From contig VRMN01000014.1 of assembly GCA_008690995.1 (NCBI GenBank), positions 62,001-126,000 on the forward strand: a stretch of DNA of 64,000 nt. Direction: 5' to 3'. A program made the translations under genes and the position numbers. Below are positions 20,027 to 30,304 of this stretch, in pieces. The notes beneath the pieces are model-generated. The model searched no databases, was not told the origin of the DNA, and was given only the letters and a program-made list of their open reading frames with translations. Source of the stretch: Porphyridium purpureum. Lineage: Eukaryota. The first letter of the stretch is position 1; every line of letters starts with the position of its first letter.

Positions 20027-22402
20027 ATGCGCGGCGATGCGGGCGCGCCCGGAAGTCTCCTGTTTGCGCTGGCCGTGGCCGCGCCTCTGCGCTCGAGCTG
20101 CGCGCCGCAATGGCCCTGCACGTGCGCGTGCTCGGCTGCGAAGCGCCCCTCGCGGCCTGGCAAGCGCACCGCGAGAGCACGGACGAGCCACGCGTCTTCC
20201 TCAGTTGACGTCGACGTAGACCTGGGACTGCCGGCACCATGCGCAGACGTGGAGAGAGCGCGACGGCGCGCGCGGGATCGGCTTCGCCAGGCGGAGAGCT
20301 TGGCGCTCGAGCTCTCGCGTGTGGACGCATCGACGAATATCACAGCCGGCGTGCGGCTCACGTACGCGCTGGTCCTGCGAGTGCTGCGAACGCCGTACGA
20401 GGGCGTGCTCGACTCGCGGATGGCAGCCCGATGCATTCGCGTACTCACGAGCGTGCACCGGGCTCTGCAAGGCCGGAGAATGCGGCGCCATAAAGACCAT
20501 GATGACGCCAAGCTGTGGCGCAGCCGCGCTCTTCTGATTGAGTCGTGGGCTCTGCGTACTGAGCGTGTTATGCATTGTACCGACGAAGTGGGACTCTCCA
20601 TTTTTGTGCACTCGCTGGGTGTTCTCAACGCGACGCCAGGCAACGCATTTTTGCAGGCTTGGGAATCCCAGTTCGGGCGCTTAGAGAACGCACGATCGTT
20701 TCAGGCCCTGTCAAACAGTATATGGGGTCTGGCAAAGCTGAACCAAGTACCGCGTTCTGCAGACTTTTGGGACGCGTGGCTGACGCGCTTTTCTGCACTT
20801 ATTACGCACGCGAAGCCCCAGGAGCTCGCAAATATTGTGTATGCGTTGGGCCGACTAGGCGTAGACACTTTGAGTGAACCCATTCAAATATCACGATCCC
20901 ACACCAATCGAAAAGGAAGCAGTGCTAGTGCTCTTACCATAGCTGGTCTCATGCGCGCGTCGGGATTCATGGAAACCTTTCAAGATGCGTTCGTTCAGGG
21001 TGGACACGCATTCAATGCGCAAGAGCTGGCGAACACACTTTGGGCGGTGGTCATGCTCGAGTCGCCGCCATCGAAAAGCTTTTGGAAAGTATGGCTGAGC
21101 CAATTTCACGTGCACGCATCGTCTTTCAAGCCGAAGGAGCTCGCTTGCACGGCGAACGCATTGGGCAAGCTGGTAAAGTTGCACTCAGCAGCTCGTCGGG
21201 TCTTTGTGTCCGTCTCTGACATGAACCATTTGTGGTGCCGTTGGGAGACTTGTTTTAGCCGCAGCGGTCTCGACTTTAGCTCTCAAGAGCTTGCTGTCTC
21301 TCTATGGGCATTTACGGTGCTCCGATACCATCGGCAGATATCGTCCACTGTAGGCGTTGCTTTCATGGAGCACTGGGCATTCTGTTTCGAGCAAACCTCA
21401 GGAAATTTCTCTGGACTCGAACTTGCGAACGTAATGTGGAGCTTCGGGCGTCTCCATTCCAGTTGCACGCACATTCGCGCAGGCAGCAGTCAGTCCAACA
21501 CACATAACGAGGATCGCACGGGCTACTTCGATGCGTCTCTGAGTGACATGGATGCTCCTGTCGATGATGACCTGGAGCGCAAAGTTCGCGTTGACGAGAC
21601 GGTAGCAGCTCCACCCGCATTCCAACGGGTGCTTTCAGGAAGTGAAGCGCGACTACTCCCTGCAGGGCAGGCGCTTCGTCCGGATGACTTTTTCCCCACG
21701 CAAGACCTCATTGAGGACTGGATGTGTGCCTTTATGGAACTTCCAGGCAATGCGATGAACAGTCATTCCATAGCGCTAACACTGCATGGTTTGGGGCAGA
21801 TGCTCATTGTACCTGATGCGCTTGTGCTGGATCGCATTCTGTTGTTTTGCAACAAAAACTGGCCGTCCTTTAAAAGCCAGGAACTGGCCAGTCTGATGTG
21901 GTCTTTTGGACGCCTTTCGCTTTCGCTTCCAATGGTGACCATACGCGAATGGAACGCGCACTTTCTCGCGCGCATGGACGAGCACAATTCTCAGGAGCTG
22001 TCTAATGCTTTGTGGGGCCTCGCGCGTTCACGCGTCGGTGTTCCAGTTGACTTTCTTTCAGCATGGATTGCGCGCGCTGAGGCTGTCATGCTGTCTTTCA
22101 AGCAGCAGGAGCTTGTGAGCTCTCTGTGGGCGCTTGCAAGACTTTCAATGGCCGGAAAAGTACTCAAACGCCCTCCGCCATCCTTTCTGGAAAAGTACAG
22201 CCTCGTATTCAAGTCACAACTCGACTTGTTCAAGTCGAAAGAGCTCGTGACCATTTTGTGGTCATGGTCTGTGCTTGGTGTCAGTCCGTACGCAGGCTTT
22301 TCGCGAGACGTGGAGACGGCGCTTGCTTCCAGAGGCGCACTGGACCGCAGCACCGCGCGGCGAGTGGAGCGGGCGCTGAGTGTACTGAAACAAGCAAAAT
22401 GA
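20027..22402 (+). CDS. Octotricopeptide/heptatricopeptide-repeat (OPR/HPR-like) helical RNA-binding protein
   Basis: About 11 repeats of 38-40 aa with FxxQELANxxWALxxL (AKPQELANIVYALGRL, FNAQELANTLWAV, FKSQELASLMWSFGRL, HNSQELSNALWGLAR, FKQQELVSSLWALAR). Transit-peptide-like N-terminus. Confidence 0.8.
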   Translation: MRGDAGAPGSLLFALAVAAPLRSSCAPQWPCTCACSAAKRPSRPGKRTARARTSHASSSVDVDVDLGLPAPCADVERARRRARDRLRQAESLALELSRVDASTNITAGVRLTYALVLRVLRTPYEGVLDSRMAARCIRVLTSVHRALQGRRMRRHKDHDDAKLWRSRALLIESWALRTERVMHCTDEVGLSIFVHSLGVLNATPGNAFLQAWESQFGRLENARSFQALSNSIWGLAKLNQVPRSADFWDAWLTRFSALITHAKPQELANIVYALGRLGVDTLSEPIQISRSHTNRKGSSASALTIAGLMRASGFMETFQDAFVQGGHAFNAQELANTLWAVVMLESPPSKSFWKVWLSQFHVHASSFKPKELACTANALGKLVKLHSAARRVFVSVSDMNHLWCRWETCFSRSGLDFSSQELAVSLWAFTVLRYHRQISSTVGVAFMEHWAFCFEQTSGNFSGLELANVMWSFGRLHSSCTHIRAGSSQSNTHNEDRTGYFDASLSDMDAPVDDDLERKVRVDETVAAPPAFQRVLSGSEARLLPAGQALRPDDFFPTQDLIEDWMCAFMELPGNAMNSHSIALTLHGLGQMLIVPDALVLDRILLFCNKNWPSFKSQELASLMWSFGRLSLSLPMVTIREWNAHFLARMDEHNSQELSNALWGLARSRVGVPVDFLSAWIARAEAVMLSFKQQELVSSLWALARLSMAGKVLKRPPPSFLEKYSLVFKSQLDLFKSKELVTILWSWSVLGVSPYAGFSRDVETALASRGALDRSTARRVERALSVLKQAK

Positions 22403-22762
22403 AGCTGTTTTGGGAGGTAATGGGCTTAGCGGTGTATACGAAGACCGCTGTCAGAGACTAGAACTGGACACAGCACGCACGCGTATATTGAGCTGTTCAG
22501 ATCAAAGACGGACAAGTAGATACTCATTGTCAAGAAATTTTGATCTCCACTCATAGGATTTATTCCATGCCGTACGTAGGATGCCATCTGCCGCTCTGCA
22601 ACATGCTCATCCGCCGCCCAGGCGTCAGCTTTTCGTGGGAAGAAAGCGGGGTATACGAGTCAACCTCTACCCGCCGGTTTGTAATAGGGAAACCAGAGCA
22701 ACAAGGTGTACCTTGACAGGCCTGATCAACCGGACTAAACAAAAGCACACCTGGTAATTCTG

Positions 22763-23653
22763 TTACTTGATAGAATCGCCAACCGGTGCTGTTGCCCCCG
22801 GTGTGACGGACGCTGTCTTTTCCAACTCCTTATCGAGCTTGGATCGGACATCATACAGGTCCGGTGTCGACCACTGTTCAACAAGCACGCCCTTGCGGTA
22901 CAGGACAAAGGTTGGCACTGCCGAGATGCCGAGCTCCTTGCACAGCGGGTCACTGTCATCCACATCGCAGTGGGCAAAAATTGCGCTCCTGCATTTTTCT
23001 TCAGCCAGCCGCATAATACCCGGTGCGATTGTGCGGCACGGCTCGCACCATGTTGCATGAAAGTCGATAAGGACGGGCTTCTCCTTCGCCCGCAAGAGCA
23101 GCTCGTCGAGCTGGGCACGTGTTTCAATGGCAGTCATGGTGTCCTTCTTTGCTTCTTCAAACACAGGTGAGCAGCCAAAGGGCCGCTTGAGATCGCCTTC
23201 TTCGGGGCGTCCTCCAATATGAATTGCGACGAGAGGATCATTTAGCAGCTGATATACCATCAGCAGCGTGAACCCAACCACGGGCGTGGCAACCTTCATT
23301 TGAGAATAGAAGAGGAAGGCCAGGGCCACGATGGCAAGGAAGATCTTCACCTGAGTCATGTTCAGTTCGTAGTCGTACTGCCGCACCGATGTGTTCTTAA
23401 TCTGCATGGGCTGAAGCCCGTGCTTCGCGCCTTTCAGTTGCAGCACGGTCGAGTCATTCAGCGTGTTGATGCGGTACAAGATCCACACGCGCGACACAAG
23501 TGTCACAAGCACCAGCGCAAAGAACGTTACGATCGCAAAGTTCGTTGTGCGCGGGTCGGAATCGATCATACGCCGATTCGAAAGAACCGCCATGCCAAGC
23601 CCCATGAATAAACTCTTGCCCATCTTCCGCCACAAGTTGGCCAGGAAGTCCAT
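22763..23653 (-). CDS. Pho88/Snd3-family membrane domain fused to a C-terminal thioredoxin domain (WCEPC)
   Basis: The N-terminal ~160 aa has Pho88 hallmarks (RINTLNDSTVL, TSVRQYDYE, DPLVAIHIGGRPEEGDLKRPF). The C-terminus is a thioredoxin fold: PVLIDFHATWCEPCRTIAP...FAHCDVDD...GISAVPTF. One continuous ORF. Confidence 0.82.
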   Translation of the reverse strand: MDFLANLWRKMGKSLFMGLGMAVLSNRRMIDSDPRTTNFAIVTFFALVLVTLVSRVWILYRINTLNDSTVLQLKGAKHGLQPMQIKNTSVRQYDYELNMTQVKIFLAIVALAFLFYSQMKVATPVVGFTLLMVYQLLNDPLVAIHIGGRPEEGDLKRPFGCSPVFEEAKKDTMTAIETRAQLDELLLRAKEKPVLIDFHATWCEPCRTIAPGIMRLAEEKCRSAIFAHCDVDDSDPLCKELGISAVPTFVLYRKGVLVEQWSTPDLYDVRSKLDKELEKTASVTPGATAPVGDSIK

Positions 23654-24086
23654 CGTGGCACAAGGAAAACGAGTCCCTCGCACGCTTTCACCGCGCCGTG
23701 AATGGCTTGACGGCAATCACCTGCGATGGCTCTATGTCAGCCCCTCCGCACTTTGACGCAGTCGCGTGTCTCTTCCCTCGCCGGCAAAATCCCGGCTTGC
23801 TTCCCGCGAAACACCTGCGCGGCTCGCCTTATTCTTTCCGACGTGACTCAGCGCCTGAATTCTCTCGGCCAAAGGATGCGACAAGCGCGAGGGATGTAGC
23901 GTGGAGACTGCGCGCTTCAACATGAGCTGTGGATGGGGTAGTTCTGACCGCTGCGCTAGTCTGACAAACAAATCTCCGAGTTTAGTTTCAGCACAAGCAC
24001 TTGACGTCCAAACAAGAGCCGTCCAGCATCGCTCTGCACATGGACCGCATTCGTCAAAGACGCGGCGCCCAAGGCAGCGGCGCGGA

Positions 24087-24595
24087 CTAGTGGTGTGGGT
24101 CTCGCGGGCGGTACGGCGAATCCCACGGATGGCGCCAGCCCTACGTATTTCATGGACGGATGAGCGCGACCATGCCATGCGAACAGGTTGCAACAAAGCA
24201 TCGGAACGAGATGCAATGTGAGCCGTGGAACGCAAAACAACCATTATCAGACGGGGAAATGAACACCAGAAGGGAAGAGGCGCAAGCCCACTGTTAGAAC
24301 CATTCCTGCATAACCGATGCCGCGGCCAATCACCAGGCGCAAATACACAAACAGTCCGTGTCCGCCGTGCAAACGCATAAGAATGATGCGCTTGAAACCT
24401 TGAACCAAAACGCGAGACAAACCAACGTACCAGGACGACGGGGAAATCCTCCTTGACCCTGTAAAAGATCCAAAACCACCCCAGTGTGCCGAGCGCGCGG
24501 CCGAGGAGGACCAATCTGCGACTGGGCTGCGCCATGTCTGCGCCAACATTGTTGAACGGCTTGGTCATATCCATGCGCTTATAGCCGCCCCCCAT
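24087..24595 (-). CDS. NDUFB2: Mitochondrial complex I subunit NDUFB2 (AGGG), two exons: 24595-24431 and 24140-24087
   Basis: Exon 1 MGGG...LGWFWIFYRVKEDFPVVL; intron GTACGT...GCTCAT...TAG (24430-24141); exon 2 GWRHPWDSPYRPRDPHH*. Matches the plant-type WFWILYRAKxDxPVVxGWRHPWD motif. Confidence 0.88.
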
Positions 24596-24717
24596 GATGC
24601 GCGGCGTGCCTCGGAGACCTTGTCACCCTCTCTTAGCAGTTCCGGCGTCCGCACCGACGAGTGCTCGCTGTGCCCGTGAGTGAAGCACCCGATTCCGCAA
24701 CGCCTCGCCGCCCGTTC

Positions 24718-24748
24718 CCTCTCTCTCTCTCCCTCTCTCTCTCTCTCT
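24718..24748. repeat. (CT)n microsatellite upstream of NDUFB2
   Basis: cctctctctctctccctctctctctctctct. Confidence 0.8.
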
Positions 24749-24933
24749 TGCACACACCTCGCTCCGCGCCCCCGCCGCTCACAAAGTGCGCGATACAACG
24801 CAGCTGCTCGTTTACTGGATTTGGATTGAGAGGAAGCTAGTTGATGCTGCGTGGCAGCGCCGCTGCCGCCGTGTTCGGCCAGGACCCCTGGTCTGGTCGC
24901 GCGCTCATGCGCGCTCCCGCGCAGCACGCGCAG

Positions 24934-27762
24934 TCATGACCCGTGCGCGCGCGCGGGCTTCTCGCGATTCTGAATCACCTCCTCGATGGCCTCTGGGAGA
25001 ATATCTTTGCGAGTAATGATCCCCACCAGGCTGCCCGTCTTCAGGTACACCACGAGCGCGTGGCGCGCTCCAGACGAGCGCAACAGCTCGCGTGCCTCGG
25101 CGGTTAAGGCCGAGTCAGAGATCAGCGGCGGATTCGGATCGAGGTACAACTCGAGGTCAAGGTACAAGTCCATCGCCGACTCTGGTACCGCCGCGAGAAT
25201 CCGGCTTTCGTGCGACGCCTTGTTCTGATTTGGCCAGGCAGAATCAAGCGCATCGCGGTGAAGCATTTGCACATTGTCATCATCCAAGGCCTTTGCATCG
25301 CACGCGGTCTGCGAGACGTTGCGGAGCAGGGCAAATATCATTCTCCGTGAAATGATACCCTTTAGCGCATGATGCGCAAAGTCAACGTACTCCGGCTTGT
25401 AGTCACCGCCTGGAACGAGCACTGAGTGTTTTCGCCGCATGTCGCTGTGCCCTTCCACCAAGTCTAGTGATGTTTCGCTTGAAATGTCATTCCCATTCTC
25501 ATTTTCACTCGGTGAAATGCCGTCACCGTTGCTTGCCGGTCGGGTCAAGCGCAGCACCCTTCTTGCCTTGCTGACGTCACGATAACGCAAAGTCCGATGC
25601 GGAGCGCTGTATTCGTGGCCCGTACCTCCGTTTCCCATGTGCGTTTCCCTCAAAGGACTGACGACCGGAAAAGAACCAAACCCAACGTCTTGCATGACTT
25701 GAATGATATCGCGCACTTTCGAGCGTGTGTAGACAGCGCGAATACTCGGCTCCATGATATCGCGCACATGCGTGGTGAAATACAGGTTTGGTTCCATGAT
25801 GCGTGGCTCCAGGTACGGCATGCGCTTCATGAAAATGTGAAGGTCATAGATGCTTAGACTGATCATGTCCGCCGTAAATTTTGCGACAAGCGCGGTAATG
25901 TAAGCCGGTAAAAACGCCAGTCCTTGAGCAGACGCTTCCATAGCAATCACGGAAACGGACACCGTCATCCGTGTATAGCCAGAAAGACCTGCGACACCAC
26001 CAATGAATGCATAGTTGGTGACAAGAATGTCTGATCTGCTGGTCCAGACGCTATGCGACAGAATTCCCCATAGTCGGCCTTGAATCGCACCGATTAAAAG
26101 CGAAGGCAGGAATAGGCCCGACGGAATGGCCATGCCGTAGGTCCACGCCAGGAACAGCACGTAAAACACCAATCCTGAAACAAGAGAGCCCGCGGGAATT
26201 GCATCGGGCGACTCGAGCTGCAAAATGCTCTGTAGCGACATCTCAAGGGAGTTCCAGACAACCACTGCCCAGTTGTTGTACTGATCTGAGCCCGCAGGAC
26301 AATTAAAGGAAGCGCGGTTGCCTTGCTCGCGTAGAAAGTCAAGCGATGAGATCGCGACGCATGTGCCACCCAACGCGGGAATCAAGACACGGAAGAGATT
26401 GGTCATAAAAGCCACCAGCGCGACTTCGAGCAAACGCAACAAAGGCGTATTCACATTTCGAAAGCGCCACAGCGTAAGCGGCTTTTGCACCAGCGGCAGC
26501 GCCCCACCGAGAAGGCCCCCGCACACGCCAATAATAATATAGAAGGGCAGATCTGCCAGTGGAAATGAGCTACCAGACGCCATGCCGACTTGGCTTCCGA
26601 AAAAGCTCATATTCAAAAGCTCAGTGTTACCAAAGGCAAGCTGGCGAAGAACCCCGCCGAGTAGCGCCGAAGTCACGCACGCGAACAGCGCTGCCCATGA
26701 CAAATACTGGTACCAGTGCGTAGCGGCCTCTTCAAGCACAAACAGCAGTCCACCTAAAGGCGAGGCAAATGAAACGGCAATGCCTGCGGCTGAACCGATG
26801 GCGAGAAAGTGCGTCTTGTATTCCTGCGTTCGGAAGTATTTCAAAAATACAAGCTTGGATCGCCAACGGAAAACTGTGCTCGCAGCCTGCGAAACTGATG
26901 CGCCTACAATTCCACCTGTGTGAATCATCGGGCCCTCGCGACCGCAAATGATTCCTCCAGAGATGGAAAACATGATCCCCACTGCCTTGGCAAGAAATGT
27001 GCGCATGCGAAGGAGACCTGGGATATGAACACCGTTCAGGTACGATTTGATCTCTGGCACGCCGCTGCCCGCCGCGAGCGGACTCACAAAGACCACAAGC
27101 CCGCTCGCTACAAGTGCGTATGCGACCGAAACGAGCACAAACACTGCGGCGCCTGCGTAAAATCTGTCTTGCTGTTGCATTAGAATTTCCTGTGACACCA
27201 TGTAGAGCCCCAACGTGAGACCGCGCACTCCCTGTTGAACGCCAAAGCCGACGACTCCGACGAGAATACCCACGAGCGTTGCCAAAGCGTGCAGCCAGAA
27301 GTAAGCGCTGCGCGCTTGTCGCGGCTGGGTCGGAAAGTAGTCCTCGAGGTTGGCGCGCGACGACGGCGTCCGATACTCGAGAATGTCAAAACGATGCTTG
27401 CGGGGATGAAACTCGACGTAAAATTCTTTGCGGTAGCTATCTTCGCTCTCCTCTGCCGCGATGGCGGGCGTGATGCCGGGCTGATCAGACTTTTGCGACT
27501 CGACCGATCTTCTGCCAGCGGCGGTGCGTGGTGAGCCTAGAGGGTCCTTCTCCCTTTCCTTGCGCCCGTCAAGCGCCCTCCTGTTGGTCGAAAACCACGA
27601 GATAAGCCCATCACGGTCTCGCACATGATGCGGCTCCTGTCCGAGCCCAGAATATCTGGGACCTAGTTCCGCCGCGTTGCCCGCTTGTTGCACTTCTTCA
27701 TGGCGCTCGCCGGACACGACTGGTGCGTCCTGGCTTGTTTCTGGCCCGTGCGTTTGCTCCAT
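24934..27762 (-). CDS. CLC: CLC-family chloride channel / Cl-/H+ antiporter with CBS domains
   Basis: Signature motifs GSGVPE, GREGPMIHTG, PLGGLLFVLEE, PSGLFLP, SIYD; C-terminal CBS pair (FGSFPVV; LVGIITRKD). Confidence 0.95.
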   Translation of the reverse strand: MEQTHGPETSQDAPVVSGERHEEVQQAGNAAELGPRYSGLGQEPHHVRDRDGLISWFSTNRRALDGRKEREKDPLGSPRTAAGRRSVESQKSDQPGITPAIAAEESEDSYRKEFYVEFHPRKHRFDILEYRTPSSRANLEDYFPTQPRQARSAYFWLHALATLVGILVGVVGFGVQQGVRGLTLGLYMVSQEILMQQQDRFYAGAAVFVLVSVAYALVASGLVVFVSPLAAGSGVPEIKSYLNGVHIPGLLRMRTFLAKAVGIMFSISGGIICGREGPMIHTGGIVGASVSQAASTVFRWRSKLVFLKYFRTQEYKTHFLAIGSAAGIAVSFASPLGGLLFVLEEAATHWYQYLSWAALFACVTSALLGGVLRQLAFGNTELLNMSFFGSQVGMASGSSFPLADLPFYIIIGVCGGLLGGALPLVQKPLTLWRFRNVNTPLLRLLEVALVAFMTNLFRVLIPALGGTCVAISSLDFLREQGNRASFNCPAGSDQYNNWAVVVWNSLEMSLQSILQLESPDAIPAGSLVSGLVFYVLFLAWTYGMAIPSGLFLPSLLIGAIQGRLWGILSHSVWTSRSDILVTNYAFIGGVAGLSGYTRMTVSVSVIAMEASAQGLAFLPAYITALVAKFTADMISLSIYDLHIFMKRMPYLEPRIMEPNLYFTTHVRDIMEPSIRAVYTRSKVRDIIQVMQDVGFGSFPVVSPLRETHMGNGGTGHEYSAPHRTLRYRDVSKARRVLRLTRPASNGDGISPSENENGNDISSETSLDLVEGHSDMRRKHSVLVPGGDYKPEYVDFAHHALKGIISRRMIFALLRNVSQTACDAKALDDDNVQMLHRDALDSAWPNQNKASHESRILAAVPESAMDLYLDLELYLDPNPPLISDSALTAEARELLRSSGARHALVVYLKTGSLVGIITRKDILPEAIEEVIQNREKPARAHGS

Positions 27763-29047
27763 ATCAGAACGTGTGGTTGGCGCGCGCGAACTTAGCGTTA
27801 TCCAAGCACCATGTCGAGCCAGCGGCAGTGCTCTCTCAGTGACGCCGAGCCGAGCGCCGAGCGCCGCGTGCCGAGTGTGAGCTGGTCGCGATCGTGCTCG
27901 AATGGGTTTCCTTCAAGGTCGCCCCGGCACCTGCAGCTGGCTTCTCGGTCCATTCGGTCCATTCGGTCCATTCGGCGAAAGCGTTTGTCCCGGGGGCAAG
28001 CGCGCGTGAGAGCCTGGCAGCGCGTTCGAACAGCGCTCGCCTTGCGGCAATGACGCAAGCTCTTGTGCGCCGGGACTTTTCTCCCGATGGTTCCATCAGT
28101 GACCGGCGCCGAGGAGGACGTCAAGCCACGTTTCGTGCAAGCCGTCGGGTCCATCCGGGTTGGACTTTATTTTGTCATTGGATGCGACTTTCGCCTAATT
28201 CACGTGTCCCAATTGGTAATGTCTGGTCCAGGCCAGCTTTGTCAGCTGACGCGGAAGTGCCAACCTTGGGCGAGCACAATTTTTACCGTCTTCATGCGTC
28301 AAGCTCAGTACTATCTTGATCCCTGTCCCACTGTCGAGTCTTTTCGCCCCGCGAGCAGGCAGCGCAGCTCGGACTCGACTGACCGTACCGGGAATCCAAA
28401 AGCTAGAAGGTGCCTTCGTTTCGGCGCTCTCGGTCAGCTTTCAACTTTCTGAATTGCCAGAGGACTACCCATCCGCGTTTTGACCATATCTTCGGCCCAA
28501 TACGACGTTGCTAAAGCGTACAACTTGGGCTGCAATGACTCTGGCAACGTTGCCCGACTCCCAGTGGCCATGAACACACCACATCTCCTCATTTGAGGGA
28601 GCAACACTGCGGCCTACGGCGTCACATGAGGCTTTCCGCGGTCCGCGACAGCGGCACACGTCGATGCGTGCGCTGAGTCATTCCAGTCCGAGATGTGCCG
28701 CCATATCTCCCCTCGTGCGCACGCGCGCCCCGCCGCAAAATGTCTCGCCACGCCGCTCCCGCCAAGCCGCGCCTCCACGAAAGTACAGCTGCGCTGTACT
28801 CCCGGCGGGTGCGACTCTTGCTCTGCGCCGGCAAGGAGGTGCGTGCGGGCGCGTGCCGACGCTCGCTGGGAAAGTGCGCTGCGCGCTGCTCAGGACAGCT
28901 GTGGCTCCCGCACGACCGCGCGCGCACTCTGCACTGCGCTCGCTGGCGGGATTCCGCAAGATTTGCTCCAGTGGGACTTTGCCTTTGGGGAGGCTGCGGC
29001 CCGATTTTTGCACCGCTCGACGGCTGGCTCGGCGACAGGAATACGAT

Positions 29048-30304
29048 ATGGCTGACAGCGCGAAGGATGGAGGCAATCTGGACTGGTTCTACTCAGAGCT
29101 GGGTTGGTTTGTCTCAAGTTGGTGGCCTGGGATTATATTGTGCATCGTCGGCAGCGTCCTGATGAACTGGGGTACAAATGTCATGAAACTTGCCATTAAT
29201 CTTCGCCTTGCCACCGATCCGCGCGAGCGCAAGCGGCTCATCCAGACCCCGCAGTGGGTGGTAGGCTTTGCGCTGTTTGCCTTTGGCACCATCATTAATT
29301 TTGTTTCGTTCAAGTTTGCCGCACAGTCGTTGCTCTCCGGCTTGTCTTCGGTGCAGTTCATCTCGCAGCTTTTTTTCAGCAAGGTTGTGTTGCACGAGCG
29401 CGTCGATATGTACTCGTACTTGGGTGTGGTGCTGATTTTGGCAGGCTCATTTCTGCTCGTGTATTTTGGGCAACACGAGACAAAGAACTACGGGCCGGAG
29501 GAGCTTGCCGCTCTGTACGGACGTACACCGTACGTCTGCTACATTCTACTCACATCGGCGCTGTCCTGCGCGGCTTGGGTATTTTACGAACGAATCAAAC
29601 GAAGAATACGGACTCACTCCAGCTCATCCTCGGCGGCAGATGCAAAGTTCCAAATCTCGATGGCATCGATGCGCGAGGTGCATTTGTTGGCTGCCATGTA
29701 CGCAGTGCGTGCTGGTATTTGGGGCGCCTACAGTGTGACGCTCGCCAAGAGTTTATCCATGCTCCTCATTCAGCTGTTGCAGCCGAACCGTGACCACACA
29801 AATCCATTAGTGATGCCCGAAACTTACTTTATTATCATGGCCTTCGTAGCTTCGGCCATGTATCGCATCATGCGACTCAACCAGGCACTCAAGATGTTTG
29901 ATGCTGTCTACATGGTTCCGATGTTGAACATCAACTGGATCTTGTTCGCATCTGTGGGCGGAGGCATCTACTACGACGAGTTTGCCACGTGGGGAGTCAA
30001 GGAATTTATGGCGTACACTGTCGCGTTTGGAACCATCATTGGTGGCGTTTTGCTCTTGTGCCCACGGGAAGATCACATGCAGCCCGTCACGCAGGCAGAG
30101 GCACTGTACGATCTTTTCCAACCAGGCTCGGACGATGAAGACGACGTGAGCTCGGTCGACCTCGGGCGCTCACCACTGACCGGTGGAAATGGCCACCGGC
30201 GTCAAAGCGTCACAGCAGACGACGACAGCTTTGAGGGTTGGAGTGATGTGAATGCCGCACAAGTCGAGTCGCAGAACGGCGATATTGCGCTGCACGCAAA
30301 GTGA
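29048..30304 (+). CDS. NIPA-family magnesium transporter (DMT superfamily)
   Basis: GIILCIVGSVLMNWGTNVMK...QWVVGFALF...NFVSFKFAAQSLLSGL...LNQALKMFDAVYMVP...GGIYYDEF. Start MADSA at 29048. Confidence 0.88.
   Translation: MADSAKDGGNLDWFYSELGWFVSSWWPGIILCIVGSVLMNWGTNVMKLAINLRLATDPRERKRLIQTPQWVVGFALFAFGTIINFVSFKFAAQSLLSGLSSVQFISQLFFSKVVLHERVDMYSYLGVVLILAGSFLLVYFGQHETKNYGPEELAALYGRTPYVCYILLTSALSCAAWVFYERIKRRIRTHSSSSSAADAKFQISMASMREVHLLAAMYAVRAGIWGAYSVTLAKSLSMLLIQLLQPNRDHTNPLVMPETYFIIMAFVASAMYRIMRLNQALKMFDAVYMVPMLNINWILFASVGGGIYYDEFATWGVKEFMAYTVAFGTIIGGVLLLCPREDHMQPVTQAEALYDLFQPGSDDEDDVSSVDLGRSPLTGGNGHRRQSVTADDDSFEGWSDVNAAQVESQNGDIALHAK

Noticed and set aside
24141..24430. Possible box C/D snoRNA in the NDUFB2 intron (GTGATT...CTGA)
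   Set aside because: Box C is imperfect, and no terminal stem or rRNA guide was recognisable.
27946..27975. (GGTCCATTC)3 repeat upstream of CLC; similarly a 12-bp x3 repeat at about 33887-33921 in the COX19 intron
   Set aside because: Short isolated slippage repeats with no recurrence elsewhere in the window.
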